DNA of 64,000 nucleotides from an uncultured Gemmatimonadota bacterium. GTDB taxonomy: Bacteria > GCA-2686955. Position numbers and translations under genes: made by a program. The notes beneath the pieces are model-generated. The model was not told where the DNA came from, did no database searches, and saw nothing but the letters and a program-made list of their open reading frames with translations. The stretch covers positions 1-64,000 of the forward strand of contig CAZBBK010000006.1 of NCBI GenBank assembly GCA_964490075.1, in the 5' to 3' direction. Below, in pieces: positions 28,563 through 37,801 of the stretch (position 1 is the first letter of the stretch; each line of letters opens with the position of its first letter).

Positions 28563-31057
28563 GTGTAGTCCAGCTGCAGCCGGAACTGGGTCGATTCGCT
28601 GAGCTCCAGAGGAGCGTCGTTTTCTTTCGATGCGAACTCGAACTCGCCGTTGTAGTAGCGCGCGTCGCGCCAATTGGTCGGGTTCTCGCGGTGCCAGGCC
28701 ACCTTCATGTAGAGCGAGAGATGGTCCGAGAGACGGTCCCAGATCGACACCCAGGCGCGCGTCCCTTCGCCGTCCACCACCAGGAACTCGGTGTCCTCGA
28801 AGTTCCAGAAGAAGCCCTTGAAAGCGGTGGCGCCGGCGCGCAGCTTGAGCCGCTCGTTGACTCGATGATCGACCACGGTTCCGAGAGCGATCGAGGGCTC
28901 GGTCTCCGACCCTTGCAGGGGCACGCGCTCGTCCTGGTCGGTCTCGCGGTAGATCGGCCCGCCCTCCTCGGTGCCGGCCAGGCGCCCGCGCGAGGGCCAC
29001 CGAGTGTGGCCGATGTGATACAGAAACTCGATTCCGTTGCGGTCCGACAGAAAGAGCCGCAGGCGGATGCGATCCTCGATCGTCTGGCTGATCTCGATCG
29101 TCTCGCGGAACCCTTCCTCGTTGCGCGACTGCCATTTGTGTCGCCACTGGATGCGCAGGGGCCAGGTCGGCTGGAACTCGAGCCGAGGCACGATGCGCTT
29201 GAACGCTGATCCGTCCGACTTGCGCAGCCAGGTCGAGTAGTCGACCGTCGCCAGCAGCATGCGGTGCAGGCGGAATCGGGTCGATCCGTAGAAGCCGCGC
29301 TCCGGCGCCGGCTGGGCGCTGTTCACGAAGAGCTCCGCCATCAGCGGATTGGTCAGCCGGAAGGGATCCTCGAAGAGTGTGCCGTCGTAACGCTCCTTCT
29401 CGCTGAAAGCGCGGTTGAAGGGATTGTCGTAGTCGACGTCGTAGTCGCGGTACAAGAGGAGCAGGTTCAGATTCGACCACTGGGCGAAGGCGCTGGCGAT
29501 GAACGCATCGCCGGCGCCGAGCTGCTTGGCGTATTCGACTTGCCCGACCGCGTTCTTCCACACCACCTGGGCGTCGCCGCCCACCACCCGCCGGAACTTC
29601 CCCTCGAGCTGGTTGGCCAGCAGATACTCGTTGTCGATGGGGCCGATCTCGTCGCGGGCGTCGTCCAGAATCACGCCCTCGTAGGAGGGCAGAAAGAAAC
29701 GATCGTAGAGCGACTCGTAGCCGGTGACCGCCAGGTGGGTGCCGGGGGCGAGCTCGTAGCGGATGCTGCCGCCCCAGGTGGTCTCGTTCACCGAGTCGGC
29801 GGCGATATAGGCGTCGCTGGAGTCGAGCTGCGAGGGATGCAGTCCGAGCGTGTCGGGCAGATCGGCGGAGTCGAGCTTGGGATCGAGGGTGATCAGCGCC
29901 TGCACCTGACCCGCGGCATCCAGGATCGCGTCACGATCGTCGCTCGACCAGAAGCCGATGATGCGCCAGTCGTTCCACGCCATCTGCGCCGCCGCTCCGC
30001 GGAACGCGTGCTGGTCGGTGCGGCTGATGTCGCCGAGAATCCCCTGCTGGCGCTTGTCGAAGATCAGCCCGCTCTTGCGCGGCCGATAGAAGTCGGTGTT
30101 CTCGAGGATCAGTCCCCGGCCCATCGCCAACGAGTAGTTGCCGGCCACGAAATGCTCGAGCGTGAAGGGACCGAGGGCGCGGTGCCTGGTTCCCAGGTAG
30201 CCCTTGAGCGTGCCGTTCAAGTCGCTCTCGAAGGCGCGCCGGTGGGTGATCAGGCCCGCTTCCCAGGTCTCCCCCACGCGCCCGCGAATCTTCGTCGTCA
30301 CCTCGGGATGCTGCTCGTCGAGTCCGAGCAACGAGTAAGCGTCGCGTACGAACTGTTGATTGTAGTAGGTGGAGTCGTTGTCGGCGGCGTACAGGTCCTC
30401 GCGATAGAGCTCTTCGCTGTCGGTGATGGTGAGCGGACGGGTGATGCGCACTTGCGCGTCGCCGCTGAAGCCGCGCCCGATCTCGTCCTGGTAGCGCACG
30501 TAGTCGCGCACCGAACGCCAGCCGTAGTACGAAAGCCCCGGTGTGCTGCGCAGGTCACGCGCCGACTTGATGTTCTCGCCGCCGCGCACATGGCGCACGA
30601 TCGCCGCGGCATCGATCGGCGACACTCCGGGAAGCGACTGCAGACGGTCGGTGCTGGCCGTCGCCAGAGTGATCGGCACTCGTAGCTGGTCGATGTAGTT
30701 GTCGATCAGCGCCTCGTTGGCCCCCTCTTGCGAGGTGAGGTTGGCGATGCTGGTGTAGAGTCGATCGAGGCGCTGCACGTCGAGGCCGCGCCCCTGCTCC
30801 GGCAGAATCGCCACGCGCTCGCGCAACCGCAGCAGCATCGGCTGCGTCAGTCCTGGAACCAGGCGCAGATCGTAGAACGACTCGAAGGCACCCTGGTAGG
30901 TCAGCCGCTCGAGCAACGCGTCGGTCACGTCGTCCGGCAGGCCCAGGGTGCGGATCTCGTCGGGAGAGGCGTTGTTGAGGTCGAGCGGGGGCACCGCATG
31001 GGCGCCGGTCGCGACCAGCAAAGCCGCGACGCAGACGTTGACCCTCAGGGCGCGCAT
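28556..31057 (-). CDS. Tandem HhH domains + large predicted outer-membrane beta-barrel
   Basis: Signal peptide; LDLNNAS...FESFYDLRLVPGL and LATAS..RLQSLPGVSPIDAAAIV HhH units; aromatic-rich strands; terminal beta-signal FRLQLDYTW. Confidence 0.8.
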   Translation of the reverse strand: MRALRVNVCVAALLVATGAHAVPPLDLNNASPDEIRTLGLPDDVTDALLERLTYQGAFESFYDLRLVPGLTQPMLLRLRERVAILPEQGRGLDVQRLDRLYTSIANLTSQEGANEALIDNYIDQLRVPITLATASTDRLQSLPGVSPIDAAAIVRHVRGGENIKSARDLRSTPGLSYYGWRSVRDYVRYQDEIGRGFSGDAQVRITRPLTITDSEELYREDLYAADNDSTYYNQQFVRDAYSLLGLDEQHPEVTTKIRGRVGETWEAGLITHRRAFESDLNGTLKGYLGTRHRALGPFTLEHFVAGNYSLAMGRGLILENTDFYRPRKSGLIFDKRQQGILGDISRTDQHAFRGAAAQMAWNDWRIIGFWSSDDRDAILDAAGQVQALITLDPKLDSADLPDTLGLHPSQLDSSDAYIAADSVNETTWGGSIRYELAPGTHLAVTGYESLYDRFFLPSYEGVILDDARDEIGPIDNEYLLANQLEGKFRRVVGGDAQVVWKNAVGQVEYAKQLGAGDAFIASAFAQWSNLNLLLLYRDYDVDYDNPFNRAFSEKERYDGTLFEDPFRLTNPLMAELFVNSAQPAPERGFYGSTRFRLHRMLLATVDYSTWLRKSDGSAFKRIVPRLEFQPTWPLRIQWRHKWQSRNEEGFRETIEISQTIEDRIRLRLFLSDRNGIEFLYHIGHTRWPSRGRLAGTEEGGPIYRETDQDERVPLQGSETEPSIALGTVVDHRVNERLKLRAGATAFKGFFWNFEDTEFLVVDGEGTRAWVSIWDRLSDHLSLYMKVAWHRENPTNWRDARYYNGEFEFASKENDAPLELSESTQFRLQLDYTW

Positions 31058-31995
31058 CAGAACTCGACTCCCACGCCAATGAAGTGCGACGCCGGTAAGA
31101 TCGGATGATCGCCGAAGGCGTAGTCCAGGACGAAATGACCGAAGCCGATCCGCGCTCCGCCCGAGAAGCGCGCCGGCTCCGACCCGACGCCCACTCTGAG
31201 CGTCAAGGGATCGGCGATCCGGTACTCCACCCCGGCCCGCAGCCGCGCCGGCTCTTCGCCCGAGGCCACTTCGACCTCACCGGTCGTGATCACGTCGGGA
31301 TAGGGCTCGTAGGTCGCTCCCAGCACGAGCTCCTCGAGGAGCTGAACACTGTCGGTATCGCCGAGCGAGGGACGATTGACGTTGCGCAGCACCGCGCTGA
31401 GCGCCGTGCGGCTCTCCAGCAGGGCACGCACGCCGACGTCGACACCTATTGTCGCGCCGCTGCCCAAGTCGATTCCGCCCACGTAGGACTCGGTGGCCGG
31501 CACGTAGGTTCCGGCCGAGGTTCCGAAGTCGAGCTGGTGGAAGTGCGCCGTCCAGCCGATCGCCAGGCTGGAGTGCACATCCTCCAGCACCGTGATCCCC
31601 TGGCCGACCGACACCGTCAGCTCGGTCGACAGATTGTCGCCGGCACCGGACTCGGTCGAAAACACCCGCACCCCGGCCGCCAGGCCGCCGAAGCGCCCGG
31701 TGGAGATCCCGCCGTAGGCCAGGTTGTGGCTCAGGAAGTCGAAGTTGCCGATCCGGTTGTGGCTGAAGGCCACCTGTGGGGTCGCGAGCTCCACCAGGGC
31801 GGCCGGGTTGTAGTAGAGCGCCGATGCATCGGTGATCAGGGCGCTGGCCGCGTCGCCGACGGCGATCGCCCGCGGTGTCGGTCCCTCGAGGTCGAACGCC
31901 GCCCGGGCCGGGCCGGCCGCGACGGTTGCAACGGTTGCGACGATCACCAAGGCGACCGCGGTCCTGGAAATTCGATCAGTCAAGGCGGGCTCCAA
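31057..31995 (-). CDS. PorV/PorP/PorQ-like outer-membrane barrel
   Basis: Signal peptide; PRAIAVG...ALYYNPAAL; LDYAF..HP.L; terminal Phe; clear paralogue of the barrel part of 15932-17074. Confidence 0.8.
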   Translation of the reverse strand: MEPALTDRISRTAVALVIVATVATVAAGPARAAFDLEGPTPRAIAVGDAASALITDASALYYNPAALVELATPQVAFSHNRIGNFDFLSHNLAYGGISTGRFGGLAAGVRVFSTESGAGDNLSTELTVSVGQGITVLEDVHSSLAIGWTAHFHQLDFGTSAGTYVPATESYVGGIDLGSGATIGVDVGVRALLESRTALSAVLRNVNRPSLGDTDSVQLLEELVLGATYEPYPDVITTGEVEVASGEEPARLRAGVEYRIADPLTLRVGVGSEPARFSGGARIGFGHFVLDYAFGDHPILPASHFIGVGVEF

Positions 31996-33646
31996 TCACG
32001 ATCGGCGCCGATGCCGAGCTGGTCGATCCGTCGCCGGTCTGCGAGGCTCGAACATTGACGACATAAGTGCCTGCCTGCAGCCGCTGGTTCAGGCGGTCGC
32101 GGCCGTCCCAGTAGAGATCGCGGTTGCCGTAGGGTGGAGCGTTGGCTCCTTCGTGCAGCGTGGCCACCGCGCGCCCGGTCACGTCGAAAACCTGTATCCA
32201 GACATAGCTGGCGGGAGGCGCGTTCCACACCACTCGCACCCTCTCGCCGGCGCGCGGAGCGAACAGAGGTCGCGGCACACTCACCGTTGCCGTCGCCACC
32301 TCCAGCGTGTCGAGCCCGTCCGGCGGCGTGCCGGCCAGGTTCAGATCATCCTGGTAGGCGAGGAGCACCTGAAATGCGTCGTTGTAGACCGAGCCGATTC
32401 CGGTCACTTCGATCAGCTGGTCGCGCGTCACGTTCTGTTCGATGTAGTCGCCCAGGTTGGTGGTATCCCAGACCCGCATCGTGGTGCTCCCCGAGCCGTC
32501 CGAGAGCGGCACGTTCCAGCCTCCGCCAGCGTTCGACGGCGTCTCCGTCACCCAGCCGTTGACGGTGATCAGAGTTCCGTCCCACGCGAAGGAGCTCGAC
32601 TCGCGAACCGTCAGCAAACGCGCCGCCGGCAGCTCGGCACCGGTGGAGATCACAGTGATGTCGGTGAGGTTGGTGAGCTCGGTGGTACCGTAGAGATTCG
32701 GCTCGCTGATGTAGTCCTCGACCACGCCGGTGATGCACACCTCGGTACCGCGCACCAGGTCGGCGCGCGGATCGAAGTCGAACACATTGATCCCCTTGCC
32801 AGACTCGTCCTGCACGTAGATCGAGGTGAAATCGTCGCGAATCAGGCCGTAGCCGACCGTCACCACCCCGCGAATCGTCACCTCTCTGCCGTCCCACAGG
32901 TGCAGGCTGTCCTGGATCGCCGCGATCGGCGTCGGATCGTCGCAGGTGCCGGGCTCGATCGTGCCGCCGGACCAGGGTCCGCCGACCCACAGGTCTTCCT
33001 GGTCGACCAGCAACACCTGGAAGTCCGAGTCGTAGGGGGAAACGATCCCTTTGACGCTGATCGAGTCGCCCTCGTCGACGGCGCCGAGGTCGATGCCGAT
33101 GGAGTCCCAGACCCGCACGGTGATCTGGCCGCTGCCATCGTCCACGGAGACGTTCGATCCGCCGCCGGCCGAGAAGATCGGCTCGGTCACCTGCCCGGTG
33201 ATCTGCACGTAGCGACCTTCGTGCTCTTCATCGTTGGCCGCCGCGGTGGTGAGCTGCGCGGGCGTCGGAAGCGGCTGCCCGGTGGCTTCGACCGAGGGCG
33301 CCGACGAGGGGATGATCTCGGTGGTCGGGTAATCGTTACCGCCCTGGTAGTCCTCGATCTCGCCCGTGACCTTGATCCGGTCGCCGCGGTTCCACGGGTA
33401 GAGATTGTTGTAGTCGAAGACCTGGATGCCCCAGCCGGAGTCGTCCTGGATGTAGACCGAGGTGCGGCCGGGCCAGAGGTCGCCGTTGTCCCCCAGGCTG
33501 ACTCCCTCGACCGTCACCGTTTGGCCGTCGTAGTGGGAGATGCTGTCCTGGATGTTGGCGATCGGGATGATGGTCTGGGCGGTCGCCGCTGCCCAGGCCG
33601 TGGCGAGGCAGAGGGGCAGGGCGAGGTGCAGCCTGTGGAGTCGCAC
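31976..33646 (-). CDS. Secreted protein with four OB-fold (nucleic-acid-binding-like) repeats + FlgD/T9SS-like C-terminal domain
   Basis: Signal peptide; duplicated pair PIA.IQDS...DG..VT..GV...Y.QD.SG.GI.VF / ..DGSG...RVWD; tail VFDVTGRAVATL...WDGRD...LQAGTYVV. Confidence 0.78.
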   Translation of the reverse strand: MRLHRLHLALPLCLATAWAAATAQTIIPIANIQDSISHYDGQTVTVEGVSLGDNGDLWPGRTSVYIQDDSGWGIQVFDYNNLYPWNRGDRIKVTGEIEDYQGGNDYPTTEIIPSSAPSVEATGQPLPTPAQLTTAAANDEEHEGRYVQITGQVTEPIFSAGGGSNVSVDDGSGQITVRVWDSIGIDLGAVDEGDSISVKGIVSPYDSDFQVLLVDQEDLWVGGPWSGGTIEPGTCDDPTPIAAIQDSLHLWDGREVTIRGVVTVGYGLIRDDFTSIYVQDESGKGINVFDFDPRADLVRGTEVCITGVVEDYISEPNLYGTTELTNLTDITVISTGAELPAARLLTVRESSSFAWDGTLITVNGWVTETPSNAGGGWNVPLSDGSGSTTMRVWDTTNLGDYIEQNVTRDQLIEVTGIGSVYNDAFQVLLAYQDDLNLAGTPPDGLDTLEVATATVSVPRPLFAPRAGERVRVVWNAPPASYVWIQVFDVTGRAVATLHEGANAPPYGNRDLYWDGRDRLNQRLQAGTYVVNVRASQTGDGSTSSASAPIVIGARLD

Positions 33647-33855
33647 GCGTTTGTTCCGGTCGAGGTGAAGGGATCGATTACGAGACGCGAGAGACTAACA
33701 CCCTCGACGACACGGCGCCGGTTCGTTTCGGAGCCGCAAGACCTGAACGGCGTCAACCATTGTTTACAACCGCGTGCCGTCTTGGACCGTTCCGAGATCG
33801 CCATCGTCACCCTAACCAATTCATTATAAACGCTTTATGTCTATCGCTCCAAGGT

Positions 33856-33871
33856 CGGCACGAAGCCTGCA
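33856..33871 (+). promoter_or_regulatory. Sigma54-type promoter motif
   Basis: CGGCACGAAGCCTGCA (GG-N10-GC), preceded by an AT-rich tract at about 33814-33840. Confidence 0.5.
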
Positions 33872-33927
33872 CTGTGTCCCGCCATCTCACCCACAGCATC
33901 CCCCCGCGCAACCAAGGGAGCCGATTC

Positions 33928-35454
33928 ATGAAGAAAGCAGCCGCCTTCGCCCTCCTCGCCCTGCCGAGCCTGTCCGCGGGCGCCGAAGCCAAGACGATCA
34001 ACGTCCCCGCCGACACCCCATTCATCGCCGCCGCGGTCTCCATGGCCCAGTCCGGCGACGAGGTCGTGGTGGCGCCCGGCACCTACCACGAGGACTGGAT
34101 CGTCACCAAGGGGAAGGCGATCACGATCCGCGGCAAGGATCCGATGAGCTGGGGCACGATCGAGAAGACCGTGGTCCGCGGCCAGGGCGACGGTCCGGTC
34201 TTCATCTTCAGCGGCGGCGAAGGCCCCGACACGGTGCTCGAGGGACTCACCATCACCGGCGCCGGCGGCAAGGGATCGCTGGCCGCCGGCATCACGGCGC
34301 TGAGCGCCAGCCCGACGCTGCGCAACTGCCTGGTGCGCGACAACCAGAGCCCGGGCATCCAGCTCAACGACTCCGACGCGATGATCGAGGGCTGCCGCGT
34401 GAGCCGCAATTCCGCCAAGATCGGCGGCGGCATCTATGCCTACCGGGGCTCGTCCCCGACCATCGACTACTGCACCATATCCGGCAACGTGGCGACCGGC
34501 ATCGGCGGCGGCGGCGTGGCCGCCTACTTGGGCAGCGAGACGACGATCCTGCGCAGCGTGATCACCGGCAACGAGGCGCTCGAGGCCGACGCCGCCCTGG
34601 GCGGGGGACTGTGGTGCGGCAGCCGCAGCTCGGCGCTCCTGGTCAACTCGCTGATCTCCGGCAACCGAGCCCTGATCGGCGGCGGCGTCGCGTCCGGCGT
34701 GGCTCCCTCCTCCAGCTACGCCTCGCCCGCCACCGTCGACATGCTCGACTGTGTGATCCGGGGCAACGTGGCGCTGGCGCACGGCGGCGGGTTCTACGCC
34801 GGTCCTCAGAGCGACGGATTCATCGATCGCACCGAGATCCTCTCCAACCACGCCGCCCATGACGGCGGCGCCCTGCACGCACTCGACCTGGCCCAGCCGG
34901 TGTTCAGCGCCTGCACCTTCGCCGGCAACAGCGCCGACGGCGACGGCGGTGCGCTCGCCACCGAGGGCTGCTCGCCGCGCTTCGAAAGCTGTCTCCTGGT
35001 CGACAATCACGCGCGCGGCCGCGGCGGCGCCCTGCACGCCCTGGAGGGCTCCCCGCGTCTGACCCACTGCAGCCTGACCGGCAACGAAGCGGAGTCGGGC
35101 GGCGCCCTCTGCTCCGCCACCGGCGCCCATCCCAAGGTCTACAGCTCGATTCTGTGGCGCGACCTCCCCGACGAGGTGGCGCTCGAAGGCGGCAACGCAT
35201 CGATCCACTACTCCGACGTGAAGGGCGGCTTCTTCGGCATCGGCAACATCGATCTCGACCCCAACTGGTTCTCCACCGGCGAGCACGCAATGCTGCTGCA
35301 CAAGGCCTCGCCCTGCATCGACGCCGGCGCTCCCTGGTCCAAGGACAGCGTCGACTGGACCCAGGACGGTCCCTGGTTCGCCGGCGCCAACACCGACGCA
35401 TCCGACATGGGCGTCTACGGCGGCGGCGAAGCCTGGCTCTGGTTTAGCGAGTAG
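33928..35454 (+). CDS. Secreted right-handed beta-helix repeat protein
   Basis: Signal peptide MKKAAAFALL; VAPGTYHE; many N.A..GG repeats; GNIDLDP...SPCIDAG...SDMGVYGG tail. Confidence 0.85.
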   Translation: MKKAAAFALLALPSLSAGAEAKTINVPADTPFIAAAVSMAQSGDEVVVAPGTYHEDWIVTKGKAITIRGKDPMSWGTIEKTVVRGQGDGPVFIFSGGEGPDTVLEGLTITGAGGKGSLAAGITALSASPTLRNCLVRDNQSPGIQLNDSDAMIEGCRVSRNSAKIGGGIYAYRGSSPTIDYCTISGNVATGIGGGGVAAYLGSETTILRSVITGNEALEADAALGGGLWCGSRSSALLVNSLISGNRALIGGGVASGVAPSSSYASPATVDMLDCVIRGNVALAHGGGFYAGPQSDGFIDRTEILSNHAAHDGGALHALDLAQPVFSACTFAGNSADGDGGALATEGCSPRFESCLLVDNHARGRGGALHALEGSPRLTHCSLTGNEAESGGALCSATGAHPKVYSSILWRDLPDEVALEGGNASIHYSDVKGGFFGIGNIDLDPNWFSTGEHAMLLHKASPCIDAGAPWSKDSVDWTQDGPWFAGANTDASDMGVYGGGEAWLWFSE

Positions 35455-35474
35455 CCCCGACTTCTCGCCACTGC

Positions 35475-35508
35475 GCGCCCCTTCGACCGGGAGTCGAGGG
35501 GGCGCTTT
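35475..35508 (+). terminator. Intrinsic terminator-like hairpin
   Basis: GCGCCCCTTCGAC-CGGGA-GTCGAGGGGGCGC (13 bp, one G.U) followed by TTT. Confidence 0.55.
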
Positions 35509-35552
35509 GGTTATCCTCGTTTCAGGACCCATCGACTCACAAGGAGCCTGAT

Positions 35553-36851
35553 ATGGATCGCCGCCTTGCGTCAGTCCCGACCGTGATCTGGATGATCGCC
35601 ACCCTCGCCGAGCCCGCGCCGGGGGGTGTGCTGCGCGTTCCCGGGGATCACTTCCTGATTCAGAACGCGCTGGACGCCAGCAATCCCGCCGATACCGTGA
35701 TCGTGGATCCCGGCACCTACTTCGAGGCGGCTCTCGACTACGGAGGAAAGAGCCTCTTGCTCACCAGCACATCCCCCTGCGATCCCGCGATCGTACGGAC
35801 CACGGTGATCGACGCATGGGGCTCGGATCGTGTCGTGCGCTTCGACTCGCAGGAGGACTCCAGCAGCGTTCTGGCGGGTTTCACCCTGCGCGGCGGGCGC
35901 GCCGGGCTTGGCGGGGGTATCGCCTGCTTCGGGACCTCCCCGCGGATCGTTCATTGTGTGATCCGCGACAACGTCGTCGAGGCCGGATACACCTCGATCG
36001 GCGTCGGCGGCGGGGTGTACTGTGTTGGCTCGACGGCCCTCTTCTCGTTCTGCGAGATTCGAGGGAATCGCGCCGAGCAATACGGACTGGGCGGTGGCGG
36101 CTCCGGGGGAGGCGTTTTCTGCGGCTTCTCTTCGCCTCATTTCACCAACTGCCGCATCACGGGAAACGTCGCGGAGGTTCAGCAAGAACTGGAGCTAGCC
36201 GGCGGCGGCGCTTTCTTCGCGCAAGACTCCTCCTCGGTCGTGATCTCGCACTGTGTCATCGACTCGAACTCGACTCCGTCCACCGGCGGTGGGCTGGTGT
36301 TCACCGACGACAGCCACCCATACGTTGGAAACACGATTGTCGCGGACAACAGCTCCGGTCTCGCAGGAGGAGGACTCGCCATTGGAGACGGTGCGGATCC
36401 TACGATCGTCAACTCGGTCGTCGTTGGAAATACCGGCGGCGGCGGTCTGCATGCGTGGCAATGCGCGCCTCAGGTCAGCAACTCGATCATCCGTGGTAAC
36501 CAACCATCCAACATCACAGACTACACCTATGGTCGACTCGGCGTCATCTACTCGAACGTCAGCGGTGGATGGGATGGCGAAGGAAATATCGATGCCGACC
36601 CGCTGTGGTGGTCGGCTCGAGACTATCGTTATCTCCTGAGACCGGGCTCGCCCTGCGTGGATACGGGCGATCCGAATCTGGTCGACGGTCTGTACGATTC
36701 CGATGAGCGCTGGCCGGGATGGTTTCCGGACGCCGAACGCTCCGACATGGGGGCCTACGGCGGTCCCGAGAACGAACGCTGGCTGCACAGCTGCTGGCTG
36801 ACCAGGGTGTCCAATCCGCAGCTCCGCACGCTTCCCTGCACTCCTCGTTAG
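35553..36851 (+). CDS. Secreted right-handed beta-helix repeat protein (paralogue)
   Basis: LRVPGDH..IQ.A, VDPGTYFE, GGG repeats, GNIDADP...SPCVDTGDP...RSDMGAYGG tail. Confidence 0.85.
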   Translation: MDRRLASVPTVIWMIATLAEPAPGGVLRVPGDHFLIQNALDASNPADTVIVDPGTYFEAALDYGGKSLLLTSTSPCDPAIVRTTVIDAWGSDRVVRFDSQEDSSSVLAGFTLRGGRAGLGGGIACFGTSPRIVHCVIRDNVVEAGYTSIGVGGGVYCVGSTALFSFCEIRGNRAEQYGLGGGGSGGGVFCGFSSPHFTNCRITGNVAEVQQELELAGGGAFFAQDSSSVVISHCVIDSNSTPSTGGGLVFTDDSHPYVGNTIVADNSSGLAGGGLAIGDGADPTIVNSVVVGNTGGGGLHAWQCAPQVSNSIIRGNQPSNITDYTYGRLGVIYSNVSGGWDGEGNIDADPLWWSARDYRYLLRPGSPCVDTGDPNLVDGLYDSDERWPGWFPDAERSDMGAYGGPENERWLHSCWLTRVSNPQLRTLPCTPR

Positions 36852-36874
36852 CGGCGATCTTCCAAGGACGCGCC

Positions 36875-37714
36875 TTGAGTAACGACACCATCCTGTTGAC
36901 CGGATGCTCCAGCGGCTTCGGTCGCGACACCTCGCTCTACCTGGCGCGGCGCGGCTTCCGGGTGGTGGCGACCATGCGCGATACCGAGAAGCGCGGGTCC
37001 CTCGAGCGGCTCGCCGCCGCGGCCGGTGTGTCGCTCGAGATCGAGCAGCTCGACGTGACCGACGCCAGCTCGATCGCCCGCTGTGTCGATGCGGTGCTGC
37101 TCCGGCACGGGCGCATCGACGGCCTGGTCAACAACGCGGGCTTCGGCGTCGCCGGCGCTTTCCACGATCTGTCGCTGGACGATCTCCGCGCCCAGCTCGA
37201 GACCAACTTCTTCGGTGCGGCGGCCCTGACCCGGGCCGTGCTTCCGCAGATGATCGAGCGCCGCCAAGGGAGAATCGTCAACATCTCCTCGATCGGCGGC
37301 TACTTCGCGGTCCCCTTCCTCTCCGCCTATCACGCATCGAAGTTCGCGCTCGAGGGACTCTCGGAATCGATGCGCCACGAGCTCCTACCCTTCGGGGTCT
37401 TCGTCTGCCTGATCGAGCCCGGGACCTTTCGCACGCCGATCTTCGACACCAATCGGCGCAACGCGAGCGGCAGCGACGATCCCTCCTCGCCCTTCCGCGC
37501 CACGATGGCGCGCGCCGAGAGCCGCCAGCAGCGCTTGCTGCGCCTCGCCCCGACCGATACTCGCCGGGTGTCGCGCGCCATCCACTCCGCGCTGACCGAA
37601 CGCAGTCCGCGCCTCAGGCGCTTCGTTGGAATCGACGCCCGGCTGCAGCGCCTTGCCAAGCGATTGCTACCCTTTCGTGTGCTCGAGGTCGGAATCTCGT
37701 TGTTGACGCGGTAG
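36875..37714 (+). CDS. Short-chain dehydrogenase/reductase
   Basis: TGCSSGFG, VNNAG, YHASK (YxxxK), IEPG; TTG start. Confidence 0.88.
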   Translation: MSNDTILLTGCSSGFGRDTSLYLARRGFRVVATMRDTEKRGSLERLAAAAGVSLEIEQLDVTDASSIARCVDAVLLRHGRIDGLVNNAGFGVAGAFHDLSLDDLRAQLETNFFGAAALTRAVLPQMIERRQGRIVNISSIGGYFAVPFLSAYHASKFALEGLSESMRHELLPFGVFVCLIEPGTFRTPIFDTNRRNASGSDDPSSPFRATMARAESRQQRLLRLAPTDTRRVSRAIHSALTERSPRLRRFVGIDARLQRLAKRLLPFRVLEVGISLLTR

Positions 37715-37801
37715 GGGCCATCGCGACTTCCAGTCAACGTCCGCCAGGCGAGCTCTCTTGCTGCCGGAGCGATAGCACTCGCGATGCGACCGGCCGGAGA
37801 C

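Noticed and set aside
27177-29561. 794-aa ORF as listed
   Set aside because: The Arg-rich N-terminal part overlaps the HhH-barrel gene out of frame; the true gene begins at about 28562.
15932-33646. Reading the operon as a canonical competence (com) locus
   Set aside because: No ComEC membrane channel, pilins, secretin, ComF or DprA in the window; only isolated ComEA-like and ComEC-MBL domains.
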